Positions 25,350 through 38,200 of a stretch of DNA of 64,000 bases are shown here, one piece after another. Source of the stretch: Harriotta raleighana (lineage: Eukaryota). Each line of letters starts with the position of its first letter. Within the stretch, counting starts at the first letter, position 1. The position numbers were made by a program, and so were the translations under genes. The notes below the pieces were generated by a model that searched no databases, was not told the origin of the DNA, and saw only the letters and a list, made by a program, of their open reading frames with translations. Location: NCBI GenBank assembly GCA_050575255.1, contig JBNZDD010013695.1, positions 5,526,683 to 5,590,682 on the forward strand, given 5' to 3'.

Positions 25350-25422
25350 AAAATGAGTTTTTCTTGGCTTGGCTGCTTTATAAGAGCGAAGAAGCCGCAC
25401 GTCATGGCGACCCCAGGCCAAT
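25350..25422 (-). promoter_or_regulatory. ADRB2 core promoter: inverted CCAAT, CRE-like TGACGTGC, TATA box, Initiator
   Basis: On the minus strand: ATTGG 25422-25418, TGACGTGC 25404-25397, TATAAA 25382-25377, then Inr TCATTTT with A at 25354, 28 nt downstream of the TATA start (canonical spacing). TSS is predicted, not observed. Confidence 0.75.
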
Positions 25423-25828
25423 GGTAGTTAGTGTGTGTCTGTCCGCTTCAAAACACACACACACTCCACACGCTTGTTGATGGGAGCCTTTGATGTGGCC
25501 GTCCACTTTCTCCTGTGGGAAAAAAAACAAATAGTTTACAAGCCAGCCTTCAAAAAACTGACAAATTATATCTCCCCACTCCTCCTCCCCCCCTCCTCCT
25601 CCCCCTCCCCCCCTCCTTCCGCAAATGATTGCTCCCCAAGAGGTTAGTGAACTCTTGCAATCGAAGCACAGATTAACTGCTTCATTTCAGTTTCAGGGAT
25701 TAATTCACAAAGTCAATCACATACCTGTGGCTGTTTTTTTTTCGGACATCTACTTTTTTGGGGGCGTCTGTAGATTTGTTTGGTAAATCCTGGTAAATCT
25801 ACACGATCGCTTTCCTCCCCAATCCAAT

Positions 25829-26385
25829 GTGTGTGGGTGTGTGTGTGTGTGTGGGGGTGGATGGGGGGGGGGTGGAGTGGGGGTGTATGTGAGAGAGAGA
25901 GGAGCAGAAAGACAGAGAGAGGGCGAGTGGGACAGAAACCAAGAACTGCTGGATATATGTCAAAGGGAGATCCAGTCAGATGTGTGTAGTGATCCACACC
26001 CGCCGACAAGCTGTGCTCTGTAACGGTCTCGACAGTTTGTTTCTGAATTCCGATGCAAAACGAGACAGCCGGGAGGTACTCTCGCTCGCTGCCGGTATAA
26101 CAGTCCGTTGAAACCGTGTCCCCATTTGATACAGCGTTTCTCAGTGCAAAAGGTCGTGTTGCAAAATACTGTGCTAATAATCTCCAACGTTGGATCAGCA
26201 ATGCGAGTGTGTGTGTGTGTGGACTGTGTGGGTGTAGGTGTGAGAGTGTGTATGGAAGCGCATGTGTGTATGTATGCGTTTGAGTGAGTGAGTGAGTGTG
26301 TGTGACAGAGAGAGTATTGCAGAGAGTTATGTGTGAGGGAAGAGAGAGAAATGGGGGCGCGGAGAGAGTCTGTGTATGACAGTGA
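25829..26385. repeat. (GT)n/(GA)n-rich simple repeats upstream of ADRB2
   Basis: GT runs at 25829-25855 and 26206-26340. Confidence 0.85.
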
Positions 26386-27059
26386 GCAAGTGCACAGACG
26401 CAAAACAAAGCAGACACACTGTTGGCTTTAATCACTAAAGGGTCACATTTCACAATTGATGATCCTAACCCTTCTCAGTCAGCCCTGGAGTCAGGCAGGC
26501 ACAGACAGGGCTGTTGGGATGAGCATTCACCAAAGCAACTAACTTACTGTTAACCCCGAGCCTGGTGAACATGTCAAATCTAGTTTCCATCAGTAACCAA
26601 TTCAAGCCCTGAACCAGGTTGGTTGGTGGAAGTCCATTCAAATCGCTGGATTTACATGGAAGCAGTGTTTGGAGCCTTGGACAGTGATATGGGAGGCAGG
26701 CGTGAGACCTACTGTGCTGGCATGGGCAGGTGTCAGGGCAGGGAGTGTAGGTGTGAGCAGTGTAAAGGGAGGAGTAGACCAGAGAGCCAAGGAGGGAGCC
26801 TCCTCCCACTAGAACCAGGATAGGGGCCCACTAGACCTCACCTTCCAACCGTGTTGTTTCAGGTCTTGCCTGAAGGCCTTTCTCTTCGAATGCGCTCGCA
26901 GTCACCTTCCCCATCCCCTTTTGCTCGGCCTTGGGCTCTGCCATTGTGAAGTCCTCCCGAGAACACCGCCCTGCTAATGTTTCTATCCACTTGCTGTGTT
27001 GCGTTAACTGCATCTGCAGTATTTTGCCTTTTGCTTATTTCAATGCAACCTGCGTTAGC

Positions 27060-27785
27060 TTGGCTCATTGTCTGAAGGTTTGGGATTCAAACTCCGAATC
27101 CGGATATGGAATCACGTAGTCTAAGCGGACATTCCAGTGCAGCACTGGGGGAGCTATTGTATTGGCGGATGAGATGTCAAACCGAGTTCCCTTCTGCCTG
27201 TTCAGGTGAACGTTTAAGGGTCTCATGGTGCCAACAACAACAACAGTAAGGCTTTCATATCAGGAGGACATCCCAAGGTGTAATTCGAAAGGGGAGGGAG
27301 TTTATCCCAGAGTCCCCCAAATTGTCACTCACTCCATGACTGTTTATCGAAGATTGCTGTACGCAAAAGTGGCTGCTGCGTTTCTGCCACAAAATGCTCA
27401 GTCACTCCACTTTACACTATATCCTGTGAAGCTATTTGNGTATTGGCGGATGAGATGTCAAACCGAGTTCCCTTCTGCCTGTTCAGGTGAACGTTAAGGG
27501 TCTCATGGTGCCAACAACAACAACAGTAAAATTACGCTTGTAAGGCTTTCATATCAGGAGGACATCCCAAGGTGTAATTCGAAAGGGGAGGGAGTTTCTC
27601 CCAGAGTCCCCAAAATTGTCACTCACTCCATGACTGTTTGTCGAAGATTGCTGTACCCAAAAGTGGCTGCTGCGTTTCTGCCACAAAATGCTCAGTCACT
27701 CCACTTTACACTATATCCTGTGAAGCTATTTGAGATGTCATAATGATGTGATTAAGAGTGATATCAAATGCAATTACTATTCTAA
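27060..27785 (+). mobile_element. Deu-domain SINE; ~280 nt duplicated around N27439
   Basis: gacattccagtgcagcactggggg...gatgagatgtcaaaccgag...gttcaggtg...; the tail hairpin is present. Confidence 0.7.
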
Positions 27786-28319
27786 TAATTATCCAGTGTT
27801 ACACCCAGCAAATCACAGGTGAATTTCAGTTGCAAGCTGTTGATCGCTGGATGTTTAATGCATTTCAACATGTACAATTAATGTTCCCTGACTAGTGTGA
27901 AACAAATCAATGTAGTTGAGTCATCAATAATAGCCTGCTGCAGCTTAATCAGACTGATTTTTACAGGGGGAAACTGCTCCAAGATATTTATAGATCAATT
28001 TTTCTGTTCATTTATAGTTGTGCTAAGTATAACAGGCTGACGGCTGCAGAATGTGGTCTAGTAAATTAATTGATCAAAGCTGTGTATGTGTATTTATACA
28101 TTTCGATTTTGCCCATGTTTTACTGTGACTTGTTTGGGATTAGTCAGATTTAGTTTTTTTTAAATTAAAAACAGATCTACAAATTTGTCAGGATTCTAGA
28201 AACTGTAGGTTGTGGAATGTCACAAGGAGGGAGAAGGACTTTGCAATTACAGTACAAAGTTAATCTTTCCAGTGGTTGGATTAATCATTTAATAATGTCT
28301 TGCATTTGATATAGTTTTC

Positions 28320-29070
28320 CTGGTGTAATAATTCCTTCCCCCAAAAAATAGTTTGGTCTCTCAATCCATGATTGTCTGTGGGGCACTCCTGTGTACAATT
28401 GGCTGCCATGTTTCGCCCACACATATAGTTCAATTCGCTTTACGGTATATTCTGTGAAGCACTTTGAGATGTCTCAAACATGTGATAAGGAGTTATGGCT
28501 GGAGTCTTAGAGTTTAGAGGTCTCTCACAAACGAGAGACCTGGGTTTGATTCCAGGGTGGAACCTTGGGCAAGTTTCCTTACTCCACATGCCTANTTTAG
28601 AGGTCTCTCACAAACGAGAGACCTGGGTTTGATTCCAGGGTGGAACCTTGGGAAAGTTTCCTTACTCCACATGCCTAGTAATAATTCCTCAAACTAAACA
28701 ATAATAAATTGGTCATTCCAAATCACGATAGTTTGTGGGACACTGGCTGCTGTGTTTCGTGCATATATATATATATACACACAATCAATTAACTTTACAG
28801 TATACTCTGTGAATCTCTTTCAGGAGTCTAGAAGACATGAAAAGCGCTATATCAAATGCAAAGTTATTACTGTAAATTGATAATATCAAAAGCAATGATC
28901 ATTATTATTATGCCTTATCATGTTTTATAGGATTTACTGTATCAAATATAATAATGATAATAATCCTTGCATTTGATATAGCACTTTTCATGTCTTCTAG
29001 ATGTCTCAACATGCTTCACAGATTATACTGTAAAGTGAATTGACTATATATTTGGTTTGCAAAACGTGCA
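28320..29070. mobile_element. Cluster of tRNA-headed SINE copies (28320-28495 +, 28499-28870 +, 28955-29070 -)
   Basis: Family-diagnostic blocks repeated three times. Confidence 0.8.
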
Positions 29071-32000
29071 TCTTTTGTTTGTGAATTAGTAAATTGTGAA
29101 TTATTGATTATGAAGAATTATCTTTATCTTACTCCATTTTGATATCACTCTTCAGTTTTTCCTCATGACTGCATCATTGTCACATTGCCGTTCAGTCACG
29201 AATGTGATGAGCAATCAACATGCAGTCATTCAAGAGAGAAGGCATACGTCTTGTACGGATGGATGGACATTCAGACATTGCCAGTGACAGAGCAGTGCAT
29301 ATAATAGTTAAGATCACTTCAGGAATTGGGCATAACCTGGCTCAGTTGGTAGCATTCCCACCTCTAAGGCAGGCAACCCCAAGACAGGACTTTGAAATCA
29401 CACAGTCGAGCAAGCACTCTAATGCAGTGCTGGGGACGAAGCTGTGAGCATTCTCTTGATCCAAGATTACAACATCATCTCATTTCTTTCATCTAATATA
29501 TCCTCTTACCTGCTAAGTGAAATTATCCAATTATTTCATTGAGAACAGAGAATTGGTATTTCATTTCTTTGAGTTTATTTCTTTGAATTGGCGAGAGTTG
29601 GATTCAGATGGGAGTTCAAAGCATCGTGGACCCAATATCTGCATTTAGGATGGCTACATTATTGGGATTGAAAATGGAGCAGTATTGTGAGTCTTCCAGA
29701 AAGCTGTTGCATTTTCATTCAAATCCATTGTGTCTATTTTGACAAAGGAAAACATCAAAGATAGGTTATTACATAGGATTGCAGATAAGATGTTTCAGTA
29801 ATGAAATGAAAATCTCAATTTCAAACAATTTAACAGGTAGTATTAGGAGGTAGAAATTGGTGGTGTAGATACTGTTATTTTTTCTTTACTGTGCTACACT
29901 CATTCAAAAGCAGCAAGTGAGGAAGAATTATGTGTTTGAAGCTATGATTATCAAAACTCTGTAGTTAGTAGATGATTTTTCTTTATGATCTAAAGAATTG
30001 AGAGACCAGCCCATCAAGTTTGGTTCTGCCACCGTCTCTTCCATCCACTATACTGTACCTACTCTGCATCCTCCTGTCCAGAAGACATACAGGCATAATA
30101 ATTGCTTTATGTATATACATGTACTTTGATAGTTTCAATCTTGTGAACTGATGATTTATGAATAAATAAATTAAGTTTGAAAAACTTTATGTACATGTAA
30201 AGGAGTGAAAAGTGCATGTTTCAACAATTCTTGACATTTGATATAATGTCTTATCATGTCTCAAAGCACTTCACAGAATATACAGTATCATACATATATA
30301 TATATAGTAATTGGCTGTATATATTTTGTGGGTGAAACGTTTATGAGATAAGCCATCCACTCAATTGACAAGTCAAAGTAGGTCCTGACATCAATGAGAA
30401 GAAGACATCCAAGCCATAGTCCTGTTTTAATATCAAGAGGATGATACAATGATCAATTGGGTTTACTGTATGAATACGGATATAATGGGGCATTAACAAA
30501 GGTCAAAGCAGTGAGCTGTGGAAATCACCTCAATCCTGGTTCATTGCAGCACAAAGGAAATGCGATCAATATAAACTTATCTGGATTCATCTTAACCTGT
30601 TGGAATTTAGTTGAAATCAACTTATCTGTTAATTTTCTCACTTTGTATTAGGTTCCAGCTATTAAGCAGCCCTAAATCGATTACTGTATGATTCAGGATT
30701 TTCTCAATAAATACATTCAGTCCGTATACAGTTCTTTGTGTATTCTTGTGAAGAAGAGTGCACAATAAGGCAAAAACCTACTTCACATCATTCATTCCCT
30801 GAAGTTCTGATGATTGGTAATATTAATTACATGTCTATTACTACGTGACCATTTATATTACCCCTGGGTCAAGTGCAGTATTGATTACCAGCAATACTAT
30901 ATACTGAAAGCAAACCTAACTGAAACATCTATCACCGAAAACCCAAGCATTTTGCAACTTTGTATGGTTTTAATAGAGCCCTCACATTACATGCTGATAA
31001 ATTGCTGGTGTTTCTCCGCACAGTTCTCTGCAAATATATTTAGACTTATATTTATCTCTGCCTTCTAAGCCAGTAGTGTGACACACTTCATTTTTCATAT
31101 ACAGTACTTTTCAATTCTGCAAATGCAAATTCGCAGTTTGGAATTTGGAAAGCAACATTGTGTTGGCTGGCATGGGATTAAAGCATAAAAACATACTTGC
31201 CTATAACAACAGCAACAATTTATATTTGTATAGCACTATAAATGCAGAGCAGCAGCATCTCGGAGTACTTAATATTGGCAAAGACTGACACCTAGCTAGG
31301 GGGAGCGAGGAGGTGACCATAAGCATAACTGAAGAGGAAGGTCTTCAGTTGTAAACTAGCAGGGCTTACCCCATGCATTACAAGGGTGATCTGGCTGCGA
31401 TACCTTCCAATTTCTTACTGTTTGGTTAAAACATATCAGACTTACACTCATTTGACTGGATAAGGACCATTAAAGTCTGTTTTTATTAACAAAATAAAAA
31501 CCCAAGTTTATCAGTCAAATTTTGTCAGAAACAATTTCAATTGTCCTTAACTCCTGGAGGATGCTGAATGATCTAAAAACCATTGGCAGCACACAAATAC
31601 TGCAGCTTCTCAAGTCCCAACCAGTAATGTTTCTGTCGATGTTTCTCCCTCCCAGTCTTCAGCCAGTTCTGTTTATAGAGAGTACAAATTGCTGTCCATC
31701 TTGAGTGAACATCTCAAAGCTTCAATCCCATTAATATCCTTATGACTGCAGAGCAAGCTGTTCTCTAGCAGCAAATACTATAACACATCTGCTCAAGTTG
31801 AAAAATCTGTGAGCAAATAGTTTCCCACAGTTCAAAGCAGTCCAGTTTAATTGAAACCAATACAGTCTATTCCTCCCTCAGTGCATTTTTCTCTGACAAG
31901 CATAACCACTGATCTGTGCAAGTGTGATGAACTGGAAAAAGATAAGATATGGTAAAATAATATATTGGCAACACAGCATTTGTTAATTTGGCCCACTGAG

Positions 32001-32427
32001 TGGTAGAAAGGAAAGCAGACATTTTTTAAATGGTTCAATTAGTGATAGGCGCACGTATAAAATAAAATTTGTTATTTCACCACTGTTTGTGGTATATTTC
32101 TGTACAAATCAGCTGCCACGTTTGCCTACAAAATACATAGTCACTCAATTTCACAGTGAAATCATGTGAAGCGCTTTGAGCCACCTTGAAAATATGATGC
32201 AGTGTTAAATGAAATGCAAAAAGTATTATTATTATAGTCTCCACCATATAACAGTTACTGGACAGGTGTTGTTGTTTCACTGTAGAAACAAAAGCTCTGA
32301 TCATAACATGTTATTTCACTAAAGTAACATTGGTGATACAATGGACATCTGGTACAATTGGGTACTGAACAAACCAGATTTTGGAAGAGGATGAACCCAT
32401 ACATCATAACGCTATATAAATATAACA

Positions 32428-32738
32428 GTAATAATATTCCTTGCATTTAATATAGCACTTTTCACGTTTTCTAGATGTCTCAAAGTTCTTCACAGAATAT
32501 ACATTAAAGTGAATTGACTGTATATATGTGGGTGAAACGCGGCAGCCAAATGCATACAGCAGTGTCCCACAAACAGTCGTTGATTGAGTGACCAAATTAT
32601 TATTATTTGTTTTTTTGAGGGATTATTATCAGGCATGTGAAGTAAGAAAACTTGCCCAAGGTTTCACCCTACTGGAATCGAACCCAGGTCTCTCATTTAT
32701 AAGGCAAGTGTTCTAACCACTGAGCTACAGGACTCCAC
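32428..32738 (-). mobile_element. tRNA-headed SINE (short form), full length
   Basis: Intact A box and B box (ggttcgattcc) on the minus strand. Confidence 0.9.
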
Positions 32739-33047
32739 AATTACCTTGCAATCATCACCTATGTTTAATGTATTACTGTTTCTGCAATCATCTCTGGTAG
32801 CTCAGCAAACTCAAAATAACAGAATATGTAATCCATGACTACGAGAGTTCTTTTCCATTTCTTGGAAAAGCAGCTCTTTTCCTACATTTGTTCCAGCTTG
32901 CTGAGTTTTTCGTGCTTCAATTGGCTCATGCCTATCCTTGTTTTGATACCTGGCCCATGTCTCATATTTCGCAATGTCGTTTCGACTTAATGTCAGGCTA
33001 AAATCCTATTTCTCCAGCTCTTCACTTGGCTCTTTCTATTCCCATTT

Positions 33048-33358
33048 CTCAGCGGGCTTCTGCCGGCTTCACATCCCCCATCTTGCTCACCCCACCACTG
33101 GTGGTCAGGCCTTCAGCCTCTCTGCCCCTACCCTCTGGAAATCCATCCCACAGTAGCTCAGTTTCATCCCTTCCCTTGCCTCCTTCAAGACCTGTACCAA
33201 GACACTCATCTTCGATCATGCTCTCCTTTCCTCTACCCTCCCTGCCTTCTAACCGTCATCATCCCAACCATCAATTCAAGTGCAGATCCCTGACTGTCCA
33301 GCATCTTGGGACATTCTCCTGATGTGAAAGGTGCTATGGAAATGCAATTTATTGTTGT
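33048..33358 (+). mobile_element. L2 3' end inserted in the Gypsy integrase
   Basis: GGQAFSLSAPTLWKSIP, tail hairpin and ttgttg end. Confidence 0.85.
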
Positions 33359-34377
33359 CCCTCATGTATCTTCTTGATAAACATCTCTCTTAATTTCTTT
33401 GGTATGACTATTCTTTCCCTCGATATATTATTCCTGTTTTGTTGATACAATTTCTGTCTATATTCCCAATGTGTAAACTCCTCCGTCCTTCTTGTTTACA
33501 TGCCCATCCATTGTGTAACATGGTGTTGATGGAAGCATCTACAGCATCTCCACTCTTCTCTTCTTTTATGCCTTTCTCTTATTTTGTTGCTTTTGTTATT
33601 TTCCAGACATTATACTCCATTTCCTTTTCTAGTCCTTTATCTTCTAGTTCATATTTTTACAGCCGAATGTGCATTGTTCGTAATCTCAGAGATGTTTTGT
33701 TAAGGCTATTTAAAAAAGAATTGATTGACTCTCTCACACCAAAAAGGAGTATTGGACATTCTTTTTCTGTTTGTGCAGTTTTGTTATCTTTGACAACAGT
33801 GCAATGTATAAGCAACCCCATTCTCTTTTTTTTTTATTAAGACCGCCCCATATTCTGGTTTGTTTGCATAGCTTGATATCTTTCCAGTATTATTTATGTC
33901 ATAAAATTTTTAAGTTTTTCTTTAATAGTTGCTTTTATTTCACTAAATTGCCTCCTGCTGTTTTTTCTCCCATATAAATTCCCAATTTGCCTTTACCAAT
34001 TTCCTTATTGAATCTATCATTTCCACAACATTTGATATAAACCGAGCTATCCAGTTTTCCATTCCTGATTTTTTAATCTTTCTTATCCTGAGCTGCTAGT
34101 ATCTATTGTTTCAACCTTCTTCGGATCCATTTTTACCCTTTCTGTGTTATTTTATGTCTTAGATATTCGACTTCCATCATTCCCACTTTGTACATTTCTG
34201 TATTTAACTTTCTCCTCTAAGCATATCTGTAGTATTTTTTCTAGACTTTGATCATATTCTTTCCTTATCCTTCCAAACATTAATATATCATCTATGTAAT
34301 TTATAACCCCTGTTATCCTTTCCAGTGTCTGTGCTAGATATCTTCTGATTTTATTCCAAATGGTATTCTCCTAAAAC

Positions 34378-34692
34378 AGGATCAGGACGAAATCTGATAA
34401 TACCTGGCATTTCCTTACTCCACACGCCTGATAATAATCCCTCAAGAAAGAAAAAACAATTTAAAAAATTGGTCACTTCAATCCACAACTGTTTGTGGGA
34501 CATTGCTGTGCCTAATTGGCTGCCGCGTTTTGCCGGCAATTATACAGTCAATTCACTGTATGGTCTTTTCTGTGAATCGCTTTGATAACAGCAACAACAA
34601 CAACAACTTCAATTTATATAGCGCCCTCCACGCTGGACGTCGCTTCAGATGTGATAAAATGTGAAAAGCGCTCAAATGCAAGGATTATTATT
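34378..34692 (+). mobile_element. SINE (5' truncated) containing a short inverted L2 tail
   Basis: ttccttactccacacgcc...ctgtttgtgggacattgctgtgc...; inverted tail at ~34590-34650. Confidence 0.8.
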
Positions 34693-35212
34693 ACAACAAC
34701 AACAAAATTACATTTATAGAGCAACTTTCACATCGGAAGGACGTTCCAAGGTGCTTAACAGTTAGGACGGGAGCCGAGCAGGGTAGGAGGGTTCTGGGAA
34801 GGACGGTAGGAGAGTGGGGAGATTTAGGAGGGGAGCAAAAGGCACAGTTGAAGAGAAAGGCCATAAGACCATTCTTGAAGGAGGAAAGGGAGGAAGTGAG
34901 GCAAAGGGATTGTGGACTGGAGTTCCAAACTATGGGGGCAGACAGGCTAAAAGCCCGCCCACTGATGGTAGGGCAGTTTGGGCGGGGGACTTGGAGCAGG
35001 CCAGAGCCGCTGAACGGAGGGGACGGAAAGTTCTGATAGGGAGACAGCAGGTCAGAGAGATAGGCGGGGGCCAGGCCGTGAATGGCTTTGAAAATGAAGA
35101 CGAGGATCTTGAATTCGATTCTCTGGGGGATGAGGAACCAGTGGAAATGGGCGAGGGTGGGAGTGATGTGGTTGCGGAGTTTAGTGCGGGCGAGTACACA
35201 AGCTGCAGAGTT
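34693..35212 (-). mobile_element. L2 LINE 3' end, relatively young
   Basis: Long open stretch NSAACVLARTKLRNHITPTLAHFHWFLIPQRIEFKILVFIFKAIHGLAPAYLSDLL...GRAFSLSAPIVWNS; (CAA)n tail on +. Confidence 0.92.
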
Positions 35213-38200
35213 CTCCCCTTTCATTAACCCTCTTTTGCCATAAACTTGTTTGTATTTTTGTACTATTTCCTGATTCTTTTTTCATGTCCTGTGGACCCAA
35301 CATGTGCTATGTAAAAAGGTATTTTAGAAACTTTATTGTTATATGTACCTTGTTTCTATTTCTACTGTCCTTTTGTTTCAATGTCACCTGTCATAAGTCA
35401 CTAATCTTCCTTTTCCTATTTCCATTATATCTCAGTGTGGTTCGCCCAGCCTCACATACTCCTCTAATCACATCACACTAACCTGTGCTCCTGTATTCAA
35501 TTTGCATTTTATGTGTTTTTCCCCTTTCATGCACCAATCAGCCATTCTTTATCCTTTCTTTCTTCCCTATACATTTTCCTGTAATTTGCATTCTATCAAT
35601 ATTATATTCTTCTTCCTCTTCACTACTGGATTCCACCTCCGAGCTGCTCAACATTGCACTATGCCTTGATTGACTTTGTGCAATCCTAGTTCATGGATAG
35701 TCACTCATTCTCTTATATTCTTTTCTTTCTGCCATTCTACTCCCTTTGTGTCTTTCTGTTGTTCTTCATTCCCTGTTCCTCTCTGGCCTTTGTTGTTTAT
35801 TTCTTCACTTTCTGGCATAATATCAATTTTTGTTACAAATAACACACTTTCCCTTCTTCTGGATATTGTCTGAAAGGGTGCTCTAGTCCATATTGTTCAC
35901 ATATCTCCTTAATATAATAATTATTCCTTATTAATTGTTAATTAGTAATCTTCATCTCGTAATCTTCATCTGTGTTATTCCAACTCCTTCTCCTAATAAA
36001 TTCATTAATTTCCATCGCTTGTTCTCCATTTTGTTCAAACTCTTGCAAATGTGCTTCAGACTTTTTTTGTTTATTATTTGTACGCTTTCTGTAAATTCAA
36101 GTCTTCCAGTTTCCTTGCTCCTTATTCTGTTGGAGCAAGGTTGGCTTTAATCCCTATAACAAATAGATTTTTAATTTGACCTCCCGATGTTCTCTCGACG
36201 TGAAAAGTGCTCTATAAATGTAATTTTGTTGTTGTCGTTTTGGATCTTTAATCATTTCTTCCCTCAGGGCTTCATAGTTGAATGTTTTACTGAGTGACCT
36301 CAATACAGCATAATACTGTACTGTATTAGGTAAATGATTCCCCAGGAAACATTGGTTTCTGGTGCCAAATTATCATTTGTCAATGGTTATATTGTTACGT
36401 CCATCATCTATAGACATGTCTCTATCCCTTGCTAGCTTCTCAAAGTAATCTCTGACATTTTCCCCTGCTACGTTCAGAAAAATAGCAGCTTGTTTTTGTG
36501 GCATTTTGTTTCTTTACTTTGGCTCCCAATCTCATAGTCCAATTCAGTCCAAAATTGGTTTAATTCTGACACAATGTAATATAACTTAATCCAAATCAGT
36601 GGTGGGTTAGTACCTTCATTTGTCAATCCAAACTCTCAAACATTCCCCACCATTGTACCCTGACTCAAGTATTCCACCATTCTACCCTGACTGTTCAGTG
36701 CCTTGGGACGTCCTCCCGACGTGAAAGGCACTCTACAAATGCAGTTTCGTTGTTGTTGTTGTTCTAAACCACAATCCCAATCCCAGTGTCTTAATCCCAG
36801 TGTCCTTTTGAATTTCCTGCTCTTTCTATTATTATTCTTTTAATTAGTTATCGATTTACTCATAAAGGAGTACCCAACAACAGCCACATGCCAAGTAAAA
36901 GTTATCAAGAATAATTCTGTGAATTTATAAACTTAAAATGTTAAAAAGAAGCTCACTCCCAGAATAAATGTTCTGCACAAACTAACTTCAGTTTCGCAAT
37001 ATGTTCAGTTTCTGCACTTGACACGGAAAAATATTGATATGTATTACAACCAGCTGCAAATCATTAATTCTAATGTTTGAAGATATACTAAAACCTGCCA
37101 GAAAATTCATACCAAAAAACAATTTGCATTTATATAGCACCTCTCACACATAGCTATGTCTCAGAGCACTTATAACTAAGTTCGAATAACTAAATAACAT
37201 GGGAATTAACAGTGCCTTGAGACTTTTGTTACATGTGAAAGATGCTACTTAAATGTATGTTCCACCATCGTGGATGGGTTTTATCCTATTCAGCCCTCGT
37301 TCTCTGAAACTCTATCATAGAATCTGTCCAGTGTGCCCTCTTCCTGCTTCCCGTCTTTAAAACCCACCTCAAAAACTACTGAGTTTTTGGAATAATGGAA
37401 CTCTTGATTTGGATGCTCTTAAGCATGGTGATGGGTTTCGGCATGTGTCAGACATCCGGCTAACCAAAAAATCTTTGTATCATGGCCAAAGAAATTCTTT
37501 ACTTCGAGGTATAACATTTTACAGACGAAGCGACTTACTTTTATACATCACGAGTTTGAAATCTTGATTTATAAGCTCAGAGTTAAATTGATACAAACCT
37601 ATTGCCTGGCATACGCAAGTAACAATGGTTCATGACTCATTTACTTCAAGCCTGTTCAATTCTCAAGGTTTTTTGGAGTAGGGCAGACCAATAGGTTACA
37701 CGATTGATTATTGCTGAGCAAGATACTGTAGGGTTGCATCCAGTTCCCTGTCTGCCACTAATTTCTGAATTTCAGCACCTCTCACTTCTGGTCACAAGGT
37801 ATGAAAATGAGTCATTGTGTGTTGGTGTGAGGACAACGTGATTCCACCTCTCATTTCCTGATGGCTCTGACTCCTACAGTCGTATTGTGATCCACAATTA
37901 ACAATGAGTGTGAAGTAGCCTGTTTAATCTTCTCAAGAATGAATTGAGGATGCATAGGATCAAATTCACTGTGATCAGTGAATTTAAATGGGTAAATGAC
38001 AACTGAACCTTCAAGAAATCACCTGTACATTAAGACTTGGATTATGTTCAAGAGGAGAAGCAATTATAGAACTAATTTGACTGGTATGTTTGAGTAACAA
38101 TACCAGAATAAACATTGATCTATTCTCCAAGTTAATAGAATTAGGCAAAAGGTCATCTTTATCCTTCTGTGTGTATTTATTTGAAATAATATTTGCATTT

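Larger units (their letters stand above)
23700..25420. other. CpG island covering ADRB2 CDS and promoter
   Basis: Dense CpG and high GC3 against CpG-depleted, AT-rich flanks (judged by eye). Confidence 0.85.
32740..36650 (-). mobile_element. Decayed Ty3/Gypsy LTR retrotransposon (LTR end, PBS, gag, PR, RT, RNase H, INT), fragmented by L2/SINE insertions
   Basis: Manual minus-strand translation: gag KQAAIFLNVAGE (~36495-36459); protease KLNTGAQVSV (~35504-35475); RT CFRRIPFGI (34378-34352) and YIDDIL (34298-34281); RNase H AQTEKEC (33776-33756); integrase RIVIPKKLREMFIKKIHE (33414-33361), MGIERAK and LVVMDY. Order PR-RT-RH-INT indicates Gypsy. Leu-type PBS remnant at 36564-36574. Confidence 0.85.

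Noticed and set aside
22264-26171. 19/22-nt direct match (aaggtcgtgttg...aatactg) on both sides of ADRB2
   Set aside because: Too short; a few such matches are expected by chance within a window of this size.
26831-26944. Coding-looking peptide MAEPKAEQKGMGK... with a possible GTGAG donor upstream of ADRB2
   Set aside because: Short, no recognised homology and no partner exon; cannot be supported without RNA data.
27159-27732. Biological tandem duplications at N positions
   Set aside because: Systematically centred on a single N with allele-like differences; best explained as assembly artefacts.
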